Shown here piece by piece: positions 20,960 through 30,611 of a stretch of 64,000 bases of DNA. Source of the stretch: Candidatus Obscuribacterales bacterium (GTDB lineage Bacteria > Cyanobacteriota > Vampirovibrionia > Obscuribacterales > Obscuribacteraceae); contig CBDDIJ010000005.1 in the NCBI GenBank assembly GCA_965228855.1, forward strand, positions 1,088,001 through 1,152,000. The letters are read 5' to 3'. The notes beneath the pieces were generated by a model, which saw nothing but the letters and a program-made list of their open reading frames with translations, was not told the DNA's origin and searched no databases. A program made the position numbers and the translations under genes. Every line of letters begins with the position of its first letter. The stretch's first letter is position 1.

Positions 20960-22846
20960 CTAGTCGGAGATTTTTTCATCCATTTCGAGCAGTCCGCTGT
21001 TGGTAAAAGCGTCTTTTGCGTGGGTGCTCTGAATCATGGTATTACAATGTGGATGAGACTTTCTGAACGCAGATATAGCTGAGTCCGTAAACTTTAAACA
21101 ATTAATAGCCTCTATAGAGCTCAGTGGCATATTACCGATAATGGTAAAAACTCTGTCGGTCAAATCGTGATTGTTGGTCAGGTCGAGAAAGTGCAATCTC
21201 AAATTTTTGAAAGCGTTTACATCGTCGTCCTGCAACTTCAACGAAGCTACCCAGAGGCTCGTAAGCTTCGTAAGTTTTCGGACCTGGCGTACTGACTCGG
21301 GACTTATCGAAGTATCGCCGATGTCGAGAAAATTCAAATTCGGATGATTTTGCAGGATTGATTGAAACCCGACATCAGTTACCTTTTTGCATGCGTCGAT
21401 ATCAAGCCGTTGCAGGCGGGCTCCCAGTGGTTGCAGTTTCTTAATACCAAGATCAGTAATGCCGGTGCTCGCCAACTTTAGCCAGACGAGGTTCGGCATT
21501 CGCCCGACCTCCTCTAGTAGTTCATCGGTGACCTTGGTTTCGGACAAATCGAGACCGGTTATTCGAGAGAGTTGAGTTATGTATCTGATACCATCTGCGG
21601 TGATTCGTTTAGCGCCATGCAAACTAACAAGAGTAACATCTTCGTTTTTATTCAAGACCTCCATCAACCTGGCGTCACTCAGATTGTTGTCGGCGAACCA
21701 ATAGTCCGCCAACTTATTGTCCTGCTTCTCCGGATGAAATCCCTTCGGCAACGGATTAACAGCGCCCTTGTAATCGCCTTCACGGAAGGGGTTCTTCGCT
21801 TCGCTGACGTTAACCTTGGGGGCCTCTCCTAGAAAACGCTCGGTAGCGTCCTTTCGACTCATATAATAAAAGAAACCGAGACTGAGAGCTGTCAAAAACA
21901 AAGATGCTGCTATGAAGGCAATCGCCTTCTTCCGGGGGATCGCCGCGCTGGTACCATGGGCAGTGATATGTCGAACCTCGGCCTCCGAGAGCAATGCGAC
22001 GAGAGCTTCTCGAAATTCATCCATGCTCTGGTAGCGAAGGTCGGGATCGCTCTTCAATGCTTTTCTGACTATATCGTTGAGCGCGTGCGCTGTTTCTGTT
22101 TCACCTACATAGAGGCGCAAATGAGGGGGCGGCTCATCGTTTAAGCGCTGCTGAAAGGAGACGATCATCTGATCAGAGTCGAAGGGCGTACGACCGGTCA
22201 GCATCATGTAGAGCAAAAGTCCGAGTCCGTAAATATCGGTTCGTTCGTCAGCGCTTTCGGCTCGAACCTGCTCGGGGCTCATGTACAGAGGAGTGCCAAT
22301 CGCTGCGTTAGCGCGCGTCAGGGTATCGAATTGGTCGTGCAAAAGCTTAGCGATGCCAAAGTCAAGAATGCGCACGTTCTTCTGTTTGTCGACCATCACG
22401 TTGCTCGGTTTCAAATCACGATGAACAACTCCTTGCGCATGCGCGTGCTGAAGAGCCGAGCAAAGCTGAACAGCGTAACGGATCGAGTCCTCTAGCGGAA
22501 AGGGGCCGGACTTCTTCAACAAATTATCAATCATCGAACCATCTACCAATTCCATGACGATATAGAACTCATCATCATCGGAATGCTCGAAATCCAGAAC
22601 TCGCACGATGAATTGATTGTCGAGACGACTCAAAATTTTGGCTTCTTGTTGAAAGCGCACGATGTCTCGGGAACTTACGCTCGTGCGAAGAACCTTAAGC
22701 GCGACTTCCTTGTTGAGTTTCTGGTCAAGGGCGCGATACACCTTTCCGCCTCCGCCCTGACCAATCAGCTGAAGGTCGACGTAGCGCCTTTTGAAATCAA
22801 GATTGGTACTCTTGATCAGATCCTGCAGATTTTTAGACTCGTCCAT
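20960..22846 (-). CDS. Ser/Thr kinase - TM - leucine-rich repeat protein
   Basis: GQGGGGKV, VALK, HRDLKPSN, DFG, YMSPE; TM helix; LRR units such as LDLSETKVTD; probable start MDESK at 22846 (ORF track starts 23059). Confidence 0.88.
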   Translation of the reverse strand: MDESKNLQDLIKSTNLDFKRRYVDLQLIGQGGGGKVYRALDQKLNKEVALKVLRTSVSSRDIVRFQQEAKILSRLDNQFIVRVLDFEHSDDDEFYIVMELVDGSMIDNLLKKSGPFPLEDSIRYAVQLCSALQHAHAQGVVHRDLKPSNVMVDKQKNVRILDFGIAKLLHDQFDTLTRANAAIGTPLYMSPEQVRAESADERTDIYGLGLLLYMMLTGRTPFDSDQMIVSFQQRLNDEPPPHLRLYVGETETAHALNDIVRKALKSDPDLRYQSMDEFREALVALLSEAEVRHITAHGTSAAIPRKKAIAFIAASLFLTALSLGFFYYMSRKDATERFLGEAPKVNVSEAKNPFREGDYKGAVNPLPKGFHPEKQDNKLADYWFADNNLSDARLMEVLNKNEDVTLVSLHGAKRITADGIRYITQLSRITGLDLSETKVTDELLEEVGRMPNLVWLKLASTGITDLGIKKLQPLGARLQRLDIDACKKVTDVGFQSILQNHPNLNFLDIGDTSISPESVRQVRKLTKLTSLWVASLKLQDDDVNAFKNLRLHFLDLTNNHDLTDRVFTIIGNMPLSSIEAINCLKFTDSAISAFRKSHPHCNTMIQSTHAKDAFTNSGLLEMDEKISD

Positions 22847-23006
22847 CTTTGCCACAGCGCCGGAAAACCCATTGTACTGTAGCATACAAAACAGAACAGC
22901 CGCCCAGGTACAAAGGCGGCTGTTCCGATATTGTTGTCGAAGTAGAAAGACTTCTTGCAATGCGAGGTCCGCGAATTCACTTCGCTTGCGCGCCATTTCC
23001 CTTACT

Positions 23007-23267
23007 TCAATTCGACTTAACGACGGGCGTGGATTCAGAAATTGGGTTTGCGGTCGCAACGATTTTCTTACTGTTTGCGCTGTGGCTTACAGCCGTTTTG
23101 CGGCTCGACGTGTTCTTGACCGCTCGACGGACACATCTGTGCGGAACAACAGACTCCGGCACCACGAGTAAATCGTTGGTCATACAAGTGGTTTCCGCGT
23201 ATGCCTCCGATGACGCTCCAGCGAACATCAATACCAGCGCGACCAAAACTAAGCATGCGCCTTTCAT
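23007..23267 (-). CDS. Small secreted hypothetical protein
   Basis: GGAG RBS, signal peptide ending AYA, 86 aa with two mature-region Cys. Confidence 0.5.
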   Translation of the reverse strand: MKGACLVLVALVLMFAGASSEAYAETTCMTNDLLVVPESVVPHRCVRRAVKNTSSRKTAVSHSANSKKIVATANPISESTPVVKSN

Positions 23268-23508
23268 TTATTACTCCAGAAATTGACAACGGAAAGGCAA
23301 CGCCCTGATACAGGCGTTTGCAGGTCCGGAAGGGGATTTGCTAATTCCTATTCTCGGTCATGATCGCAAAGCAGTGATTGCATAACGATTACATATCCGT
23401 TGGTTGTTTGTTAATTGGCTGCAAAGTCGGTTTAATCGAACTGGAGTGGAGGTGAACGAAGTTCTCCGTAACTGTCACAAGAGCTGCAAGTGTTCTTCAC
23501 ATGCCTAT

Positions 23509-25122
23509 TTATTTGAGCATTCGCTTCATGAGTTTTCCCGTCGAGTTACGCGGAAGTTCCGTCGCAAACTCAACGATTCGAGGCACCTTATAAGGTGCCA
23601 GGTGTTCGCTACAAAAGTCTTTCACAGCATCTTCCGTTAAGGAAACGCCGGAACGGGTGACCACGAAAGCTTTGACTCGTTCGCCCATCAACTCGTCGGG
23701 AACCCCAATGACAGCCACATCTTGAACGCCGTCCATTTTAAGAATTACTTCTTCTAATTCCCGAGGATAAATATTCTGGCCGCCCCTTATGATCATTTCT
23801 TTTTTGCGCCCGACGATGAAAACGTAACCATCCTCATCCTGGTACCCGAGATCGCCTGTGAGCAGCCAGCCATCTCGGTTAAACGCTTCCTCGCTTGCTT
23901 CGGGTTGATTGTGATAACCGAGCATGACACACGGACCTTTGATTGCTATTTCGCCGACGTTTTGTTCTCCAGCTGGAAGCGGACCAATGCAGTCTTTATC
24001 TAGAATTGCAAGCGACACCTCTGGAATTGCAAGACCAATCGAACCAGTTTTACCGGCACGGGGAGGATTGACAGTGCCACCGCCGGCGGTTTCACTCATA
24101 CCATAACCCTCAACAACTTGTACGTTGAACTCTCGCTTGATCCGCTCCAGGAATTCAGGCGCGATCGGTGCTGCGGCAGACAGGCAGTATCGAAGAGCAG
24201 ACACGTCAACTTTATTCTGTTCGTACTCCATCATCATGAACTGATACATTGCAGGCACGCCTGGCACCACTGTGATGCGTTCTTTAGCAATGCAGTCCAG
24301 CGCAGCTTTAGCCTCGAACTTCGGCATTATCACTACAGTGCATCCAAGAGCGACAGGGGTGCTGACGAGTGACCCGATACCGTAGATGTGGCACATTGGC
24401 AGTAAACCCAAAATGCGCTCGTCAGATTTAAGATCAAGACTGGAGAAGATATTGAATGGAAAAACAGACATGAGGCTTCGGTGGGTAAGCATCGCGCCTT
24501 TAGGTTTCCCTGTGGTCCCCGATGTATAGACGAGCAGAGCCAGATCGTGTTCAGGATCAATGCTCGTATCAAAGGTAGACAGGTCGCCTGGTTTCAAGTC
24601 GCCAGTCAGATCGATCAGTTTAAGCTCTGAATTTGCGGAATGAATCTGAAGTTCAGCCGCACGCTCAGACACTATTAAAAACTGGAGTCCATCGATTTGC
24701 GGCAGAGCTGCCACCACCTCTGGTAGCAGATGATTATGAACGATGATGGCACGAGAATTGGAGTCGCTGAGAATATGAGCGATTTCGGCAGACTTCAACA
24801 TTGGATTAATCGGGACGACTACGGCTCCAATTTTTGCAACTGCAAAAAAGATGGCTATGAAATCCGGATGGTTCGGGAATAAGACGCTAACTTTGTCGCC
24901 TTTGTGCAAGCCGAGCGCGCGAATCTGCTCTTCCATTGCCAGAGAACGTGCGTTCAAGCTGGCAAAATCGATCCGTTTATCGCCGAAGACAACAGCCTCC
25001 GCCGTTGGTCGGCGCGCGGCTTGAACGGACAACGCATCGCCGATGTTAGCGCTGGGCCAACCGGTTGGAATTTTTGTTTCGGTGGAAAGTACAGTATTCA
25101 AAGCTTTTGCCCTTTGCGCCAA
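23509..25122 (-). CDS. Long-chain fatty-acid--CoA ligase (AMP-binding family)
   Basis: YTSGTTGKPKG, EGYGMSET, TGDLG, RKKEMIIRGGQNIYP, LPRNSTGK. Confidence 0.92.
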   Translation of the reverse strand: MAQRAKALNTVLSTETKIPTGWPSANIGDALSVQAARRPTAEAVVFGDKRIDFASLNARSLAMEEQIRALGLHKGDKVSVLFPNHPDFIAIFFAVAKIGAVVVPINPMLKSAEIAHILSDSNSRAIIVHNHLLPEVVAALPQIDGLQFLIVSERAAELQIHSANSELKLIDLTGDLKPGDLSTFDTSIDPEHDLALLVYTSGTTGKPKGAMLTHRSLMSVFPFNIFSSLDLKSDERILGLLPMCHIYGIGSLVSTPVALGCTVVIMPKFEAKAALDCIAKERITVVPGVPAMYQFMMMEYEQNKVDVSALRYCLSAAAPIAPEFLERIKREFNVQVVEGYGMSETAGGGTVNPPRAGKTGSIGLAIPEVSLAILDKDCIGPLPAGEQNVGEIAIKGPCVMLGYHNQPEASEEAFNRDGWLLTGDLGYQDEDGYVFIVGRKKEMIIRGGQNIYPRELEEVILKMDGVQDVAVIGVPDELMGERVKAFVVTRSGVSLTEDAVKDFCSEHLAPYKVPRIVEFATELPRNSTGKLMKRMLK

Positions 25123-25350
25123 GCGCTTACAGTTGGATCAAAAAGAGGTTTCAATCGCACAGAATTACCGGCTCTAATGCCGAACACTAGGAGCCAACGG
25201 GGTTGCGCAGCGAGCAGAAGCTAGCACGATTATAGGTGTCCGACGGCTGTTCAGATCACTCGCAAGATTGAATATTGTCGCAACAACCCGCTTGACCATC
25301 AAGCTCTTGAGAACCGCGAGCGCCGATGATTACACAACACTAATAGAATC

Positions 25351-25535
25351 CTGAACCGATATCGGTTTAGAAACGCATCAAACCAACGGCGAAAAATTTT
25401 AGCGACCTACTCCCATCGTTTTCGTAAACCGATATCGGTTTACGAAACATAGAACGGGTGTCGGTTTAATACCCAAAACGCGCAACACCACAAGAGTCGC
25501 GAACTCCGCTTTCTGAACCGATATCGGTTCAGGAA
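25351..25535. repeat. Cluster of three AACCGATATCGGTT palindromes plus one degenerate copy
   Basis: Perfect cores at 25354, 25427 (perfect 28-bp palindrome 25420-25447) and 25516 (perfect 20-bp palindrome 25513-25532); degenerate copy near 25453. Confidence 0.95.
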
Positions 25536-25579
25536 CCCAAAGCACCCATACCCGGGTTCTAGAAAGTTAGGCAATGGCT

Positions 25580-25981
25580 CTACTGAACAGCGTTTCGCTC
25601 GTGCAGCTTACCTACCAGAGTATTTAATCCGAATTTGGCAAGTTCAGAAGGGCACTCGAATACAAATGCCTCGTTCTCTTGCAGAACACATCTAACTGTG
25701 TCTCCCTCTCCATAGATATCGAATACTTGCTGGTAGCCAACGAATGGGCCGTCCGGACCGAAAGTCAAGGTAATGCGCGGCGGATCCTCAAGGAGCGCAA
25801 AGCCGAATGCCATACCGCGAAACTCCACCCAGCCGTCCTTGATGTTTGTGAGCGTAAAGCCGTCAAGGTCCTTGCTGTACTTTGTCGCGTTAGCCTCGCG
25901 AGCAAGTTGCAAGATCTCTTTAGTGAATGTTTGATAGAACGTCCGCGCGATTGATTCTTGTGCGGTTCTCATAATGTGCAT
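25580..25981 (-). CDS. Hypothetical protein
   Basis: 133-aa ORF with GGAG RBS, 8 nt downstream of the HAD-ATPase gene. Confidence 0.65.
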   Translation of the reverse strand: MHIMRTAQESIARTFYQTFTKEILQLAREANATKYSKDLDGFTLTNIKDGWVEFRGMAFGFALLEDPPRITLTFGPDGPFVGYQQVFDIYGEGDTVRCVLQENEAFVFECPSELAKFGLNTLVGKLHERNAVQ

Positions 25982-25989
25982 CTCTCCGT

Positions 25990-27729
25990 TTACTTACTCT
26001 CCACAGGGAGTGTATAGCGCTCTTCGATTGCGCTGAGTACTCTCTGCTTACCTTCTTCGGTAGAGATATTCTCGGAGTCCTCAACTCCGCGTGCAACCTC
26101 GGCCAGAGCATCGTCTTTAATAATCTCTTTGAACCATTTAGAGTATTCGTGACGTTTCAGGTGATACAACCACGTAGCGTCGTCGACACCGTTAGCAAGC
26201 TGGCTGAACGTAATTAAATTCTGGGCTCGCAATTTCAGTTTATGCGGGCCCGTGAAATAAAAACTTCGCTCTTCCCCCAAGTATCCCTCGGCGTATTTAC
26301 GGCGGTGTCTGCGCCGTTCGATATTGGAAAGTTCTAAATCGACCACCTGAGGAGCGCCCCCGGTGCGCGGGCACCAGACCAGAGACTGACCTTTTCCGAG
26401 CTTAGTTCGCTTAAGCTTCGGCATTTTATAGCCAGCAACTTCCGCGAGATTTCGAACTGTCGCCTCAGGCTCCTCTCCGATTGTCAGCAAGAAGTCCAGA
26501 TCCTTTAGTATCACAGGTGATACCGTGGTGGGATGGACAGTAATCATGATCAAGCCCTTCAGTTGATGCGGAACATATGATTCGGCGGGCTGCCAATCTT
26601 TGGGAAAGATATGATGAGCCTCGTCGATAACGATGTAGTGCGGTCTGCCGAAATCGCCGCGCATCTCCTGCAGACGGGGAAACAGAGCACTGAAGAAGGC
26701 TGGACGGTCTTCCAACTTCAAGCCGAGAAGATTTACGATTGCGTTGCTCTGAGGATTTTTTAACAGCTGCATAACCTCATCGGCACTGGGCGCGCGTTTA
26801 GCATCGCCAAGTACGACCGAGTTTCCGAAAGCTTCGTAGTCCCCCTCGGGGTCGATAAGACAAAACTGATAATCCGCTTGCGCTAGAGTATCCAGAATCC
26901 CGAGAGTAGCGTTGGACTTGCCGCTTCCCGATGGTCCCGCAATTAAAATATTTGTGCCTAGCGCTGCAAATTTTACTTCGGCGCCTTCCATGTTTTTTCC
27001 GAGGAGTTGGTCATGGCGCGTCATTTTGCAGTTAGCAAACTCATCTTTGAGAAGCATTTCGATCATTTCTTCGATGCCGGCTCCATGATCTCTGGTTGTT
27101 ACCAAATCAGCACGTTCCTTCACGGCAGGTAGCGCGTTTGAAACAGCGACAGCAACCTGACAAAGCGACATGAACGCGTGGTCGTTTTCGGCGTCACCGC
27201 CGCCGATAACGTTGTGGGGTGAAAGTCCCATCTGCTCGCAAGCGGCAATTAAACCGGTCCCTTTGTTGACGCCGGATGGCAGGACCATGACTGAGCCCTT
27301 GTTAAAGATTATCTGCAATTCTAAACCGAGCTCTTTGATAGCATCGATAGTCGCTTGATGGAACGGTTCCCAAGTCGAAATGATACAGCGGCCATGGTTA
27401 ATTGGTTTCACGTCTCTCTTCTTAAGAGCAGCCAGAAGATCTTCTGAACAATCCTCTGTCAGTTTTTGCTCTTTCTTGGTTGCCGGATCGTAGATAAGCG
27501 CACCATTTTCAGCTACCACCAGGTCAAACATTTCTACTTCAGGAAAGACTCTTAGCAGATCGTCAATCTCCCGACCGGTGACCATTAAAACCTTACGACC
27601 GGACTCCTTCAAACGTTTCAACGCCGCAACCGTAGAAGGAAACACGCGCCCATCAGATGCAAGTGTTCCATCATAATCAAATGCCGCCGCTAAATACTTC
27701 AAGGGAGTTACCTCACTCTGCACTCTCAA
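25990..27729 (-). CDS. HAD-IIB (Cof-like) phosphatase fused to P-loop NTPase
   Basis: DYDGTL, VTGR, NKG, GDAEND HAD motifs; GPSGSGKS, IDPEGDY, IVIDEAH. Confidence 0.88.
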   Translation of the reverse strand: MRVQSEVTPLKYLAAAFDYDGTLASDGRVFPSTVAALKRLKESGRKVLMVTGREIDDLLRVFPEVEMFDLVVAENGALIYDPATKKEQKLTEDCSEDLLAALKKRDVKPINHGRCIISTWEPFHQATIDAIKELGLELQIIFNKGSVMVLPSGVNKGTGLIAACEQMGLSPHNVIGGGDAENDHAFMSLCQVAVAVSNALPAVKERADLVTTRDHGAGIEEMIEMLLKDEFANCKMTRHDQLLGKNMEGAEVKFAALGTNILIAGPSGSGKSNATLGILDTLAQADYQFCLIDPEGDYEAFGNSVVLGDAKRAPSADEVMQLLKNPQSNAIVNLLGLKLEDRPAFFSALFPRLQEMRGDFGRPHYIVIDEAHHIFPKDWQPAESYVPHQLKGLIMITVHPTTVSPVILKDLDFLLTIGEEPEATVRNLAEVAGYKMPKLKRTKLGKGQSLVWCPRTGGAPQVVDLELSNIERRRHRRKYAEGYLGEERSFYFTGPHKLKLRAQNLITFSQLANGVDDATWLYHLKRHEYSKWFKEIIKDDALAEVARGVEDSENISTEEGKQRVLSAIEERYTLPVESK

Positions 27730-28042
27730 CTAAAACTTGACAGATCATTGAATCCGAGTGCTGGATTAGCTCTGCCACGATCCCTAACAGGGTAGCCTTA
27801 TATTTACTCTAATAGCTTAAACGGTCCTTTCGAATACCTTACGCCATCGATTCGCGTAATTTGTACGTTCGGACCGTTTTCAGCTGTTCATCAGCATTTG
27901 TATGCATGAGCGAAATCGAGTAAGGCTAAAATTTTAAGATCCTAGTTGTTACATGACTGTGAAAAATGTTGCCTGGACAACAAGCATGGCCAGTTTCCGC
28001 GAGATAACCTATAATGCCGGCAGTGGGCTATGAGAAAACGAA

Positions 28043-28369
28043 GTGGAGCCATTCGCCGTAAGCAGGAAAACGGTTCTTCTAGTCATCGCGATATTCTTTG
28101 CGGCGACGACTTTTCTGCTGGCCGCCTACCTTTTCCAGAATCAGCCGGTCTGCCCCCGATGCAAAAACTCGTTCGATGTCGTTTTCACCTGGCGAGCCTA
28201 TCATGACTCCAATGTATCGCGACATATGTTTTACAGATTCGGTCCGTTCGGACGATGCGATCACTATGACCCTATGATTCCTGAAATAATTCCGCCACCT
28301 CAATTCAGCTGGTACTGCGCGACATGCAGCAAGCATGTTCGACGGGGCTCAAACTGGCGCCAGAAGTAA
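28043..28369 (+). CDS. Small membrane-anchored Cys-motif protein
   Basis: N-terminal TM, CPRC and CATC pairs; followed by a hairpin. Confidence 0.5.
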   Translation: MEPFAVSRKTVLLVIAIFFAATTFLLAAYLFQNQPVCPRCKNSFDVVFTWRAYHDSNVSRHMFYRFGPFGRCDHYDPMIPEIIPPPQFSWYCATCSKHVRRGSNWRQK

Positions 28370-28397
28370 CTGATACTAAATACAATACCAAAGAGAA

Positions 28398-28419
28398 GGC
28401 ACCCTGTATAAGAGGTGCC
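28398..28419. terminator. Probable bidirectional intrinsic terminator
   Basis: GGCACC-N10-GGTGCC hairpin between convergent genes, with short pyrimidine tails on both strands. Confidence 0.5.
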
Positions 28420-28502
28420 GTTTCCCAAAGTTTCTTCGATACACTCGACTGGCGTTGTACCGTGAGCCTGGTCTCTGCTGTGCCGCAGGAGGACCCGAAT
28501 TT

Positions 28503-28973
28503 CTAGCCGTCTCGCGTTTCCGGGGAGGGCGGCCAGGTTCCATCGTTGGATTGCACAACAAGATTGCTAAGCAACTTGTGCGTAGCTTGTTGTTTTGGCC
28601 AAAGTTCATCCCTTACCAACTTCCTGTTATCGCCATGGATGTTCATGATTTTCCATTCGTACTCATTCGAACCCAGGTCTTCGCCTTCTTCGAGCGCGGC
28701 GACGATTGCGGAGTCTCCCATTGCAGCCGCAGTAGATGTTACTATTTTAGCAAAGCTCCCCCAGGCTCCAGGATCTTCGATGGGAGCGCCGCCCGATCTG
28801 GTAATCGCATCTCGCAAGCGCTCCACCCTTTCTGCGTGAGAATCTTTAGCCTGTGTCAACAGCTCGGCAACTTTGGGTCGTTGAACTCGCTCCAAAGCTT
28901 TGTCATACGACTCCACGGCCGACAACTCTCCCATCAGCAAAGTGTTCATACTTTCTATTTCGTCTGCATTCAT
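28503..28973 (-). CDS. DUF2383 / PA2169-like ferritin-fold four-helix protein
   Basis: MNTLLMGELSAVESYDKAL..SH..GAWGSFAK..ALEEGEDLG; AGGAG RBS. Confidence 0.75.
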   Translation of the reverse strand: MNADEIESMNTLLMGELSAVESYDKALERVQRPKVAELLTQAKDSHAERVERLRDAITRSGGAPIEDPGAWGSFAKIVTSTAAAMGDSAIVAALEEGEDLGSNEYEWKIMNIHGDNRKLVRDELWPKQQATHKLLSNLVVQSNDGTWPPSPETRDG

Positions 28974-29061
28974 TCTCCTACCTCCACTCAGAATGTGGGT
29001 TGCGTCTCTTAACCGACACCAGGCGCTATGACCTGTCAGGTCAGGGACAGCTGCCGTTCTC

Positions 29062-29496
29062 TTAGCTAAGAACCAAGCTATCTAGATGTTTGTTCATTCT
29101 GTTCAGCTCTTCGTCGGTAGCGACGGAGCGGACGGCAGCGTACAACTCATCCCTTGAAAACGAGATCAAATTGTCAATCATTTTAGAGAGCTTAATCAGC
29201 AGCTGTTCAAAACCGGGCTCATCGACATGAATCATGATGAGACTGTTTATTGTTTCGTCGATGTTTGATGTTTGCTCGTCCCATTTTGAGAGAACATCCG
29301 ATATCGATTCGTGATCTCTAACATTCGAAAGCAACAACTCGTTCTTTTTCTTAATGTGTGCATGAACGGAATCAATTACGTTTTTGACGGATTCAAAAAC
29401 GCGGTCCTGAGTCCATTCCGGATAATTATTAGTGACGTCCCACATCAACTCTTTCAAGTGGTTCTCGTCAGTGTTCAGATAGGTGAAGATGTTCAT
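29062..29496 (-). CDS. Hemerythrin-like helical protein (degenerate ligands)
   Basis: Four-helix pattern MNIFTYL..HAHIKK..DELYAAVR; GAGG RBS. Confidence 0.5.
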   Translation of the reverse strand: MNIFTYLNTDENHLKELMWDVTNNYPEWTQDRVFESVKNVIDSVHAHIKKKNELLLSNVRDHESISDVLSKWDEQTSNIDETINSLIMIHVDEPGFEQLLIKLSKMIDNLISFSRDELYAAVRSVATDEELNRMNKHLDSLVLS

Positions 29497-29690
29497 TTTT
29501 ATTCCTCAATGTCCTGCTCGCCAAAGTGCGAGGTGAGAGGCGCAAATATCGATTACCTGTCTTCTAGCACTTCTGCGCACATTTGATGTTTAAACGAGGA
29601 AGAGCGTACAGATTCAGATTGACAATCGACCGCCGGAGGAGACTCAGTCCTTTATATATGTCCGATGCCGCTTGCCATAGGTCGTTTCTA

Positions 29691-29704
29691 AACCGATATC
29701 GGTT
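29691..29704. repeat. AACCGATATCGGTT palindrome copy
   Basis: Perfect 14-bp core in a divergent intergenic region. Confidence 0.95.
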
Positions 29705-29995
29705 CACGAGCATCTGTGGAAGCTACTTCGGAAACACATTCCTTTGAGGGCAAGCGATTGTTGGCATGCATTAGCTGATTCTCACCGTGAGTGCCCTATA
29801 AATTTCGAGAAGCAGAGTTGCAAACAGATACCGCAAATGTCCACAAATTCGCATTTTTGACAAAATAGCAACACTTTGGCATTGACTGAGCGCCACTGAA
29901 TTTTGTGTGTGCTATGAAAGGTCGGGTGAAAAGGCACGAACTTCGTGAACGGCCCCGAGCCATCACTCTCAATACACAAACCGTCGGAGGTTATT

Positions 29996-30328
29996 ATGAA
30001 CAAGCGCATATTGGCAACAATCGCGATCCTGGGTCTCTCTGTTTCTCTCTGTACTGCCTGCACCAGCGCTGAAGACAAAAAGCTCTCGCAGCAACAAGAT
30101 GCAATTGAAAAGAACGCGGACGAGCAAAAACAAGCAATCGATCAAAATGCCGACGATCAGAAGAAGGCAATAGAAGCGAATGCTGATGCTAAAAAAGATA
30201 ATGTTGAAGAGAGCGCCGACCTCGCGAAAAAGACGGTGGAAGAAGGAGCTGACGTGAGCAAAGCATCAGTAGATGCTAATGCCGAGAAAGCAACCAATGA
30301 ATTGGAAGCCGAGAAGAAAACGAACTAG
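29996..30328 (+). CDS. Small hydrophilic lipoprotein with 11-aa LEA-like repeats
   Basis: GGAGG RBS; signal peptide ending CTAC; repeats AIEKNADEQKQ / AIDQNADDQKK / AIEANADAKKD. Confidence 0.75.
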   Translation: MNKRILATIAILGLSVSLCTACTSAEDKKLSQQQDAIEKNADEQKQAIDQNADDQKKAIEANADAKKDNVEESADLAKKTVEEGADVSKASVDANAEKATNELEAEKKTN

Positions 30329-30611
30329 ATTCGTCTAGCAAGCGAGTTATTCTCGGACCAGAGCAATCTAACCACTTCGGTGAGTAGAACATATATTGGA
30401 AAAATCCAGAGATTGATTGAGCGAAGACTCTCTCTCTGGATTTTCCTTATTTTCGATAAAGGGAATTCACGCGGCCATGGGCAAGCGCACAGACCGTGCG
30501 TTCTCTTGCTACATACGCAATAGCAGATGTCACTTCGGCTCCGCGCAAGAGCGATCATTACTGGTCGATAGCACTGCCAACCGTCACCACCGGGTCGAGG
30601 TATATAGACCG

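Noticed and set aside
23321..23333. SRP RNA-like motif CAGGTCCGGAAGG
   Set aside because: The conserved downstream AGCAG is absent (GGATTTG follows) and I see no long enclosing helix.
25354..25529. CRISPR array formed by the repeated palindromes
   Set aside because: The conserved core is only about 14-20 bp, spacing is irregular (73 and 89 bp), clusters have 2-3 copies, and no cas genes are present.
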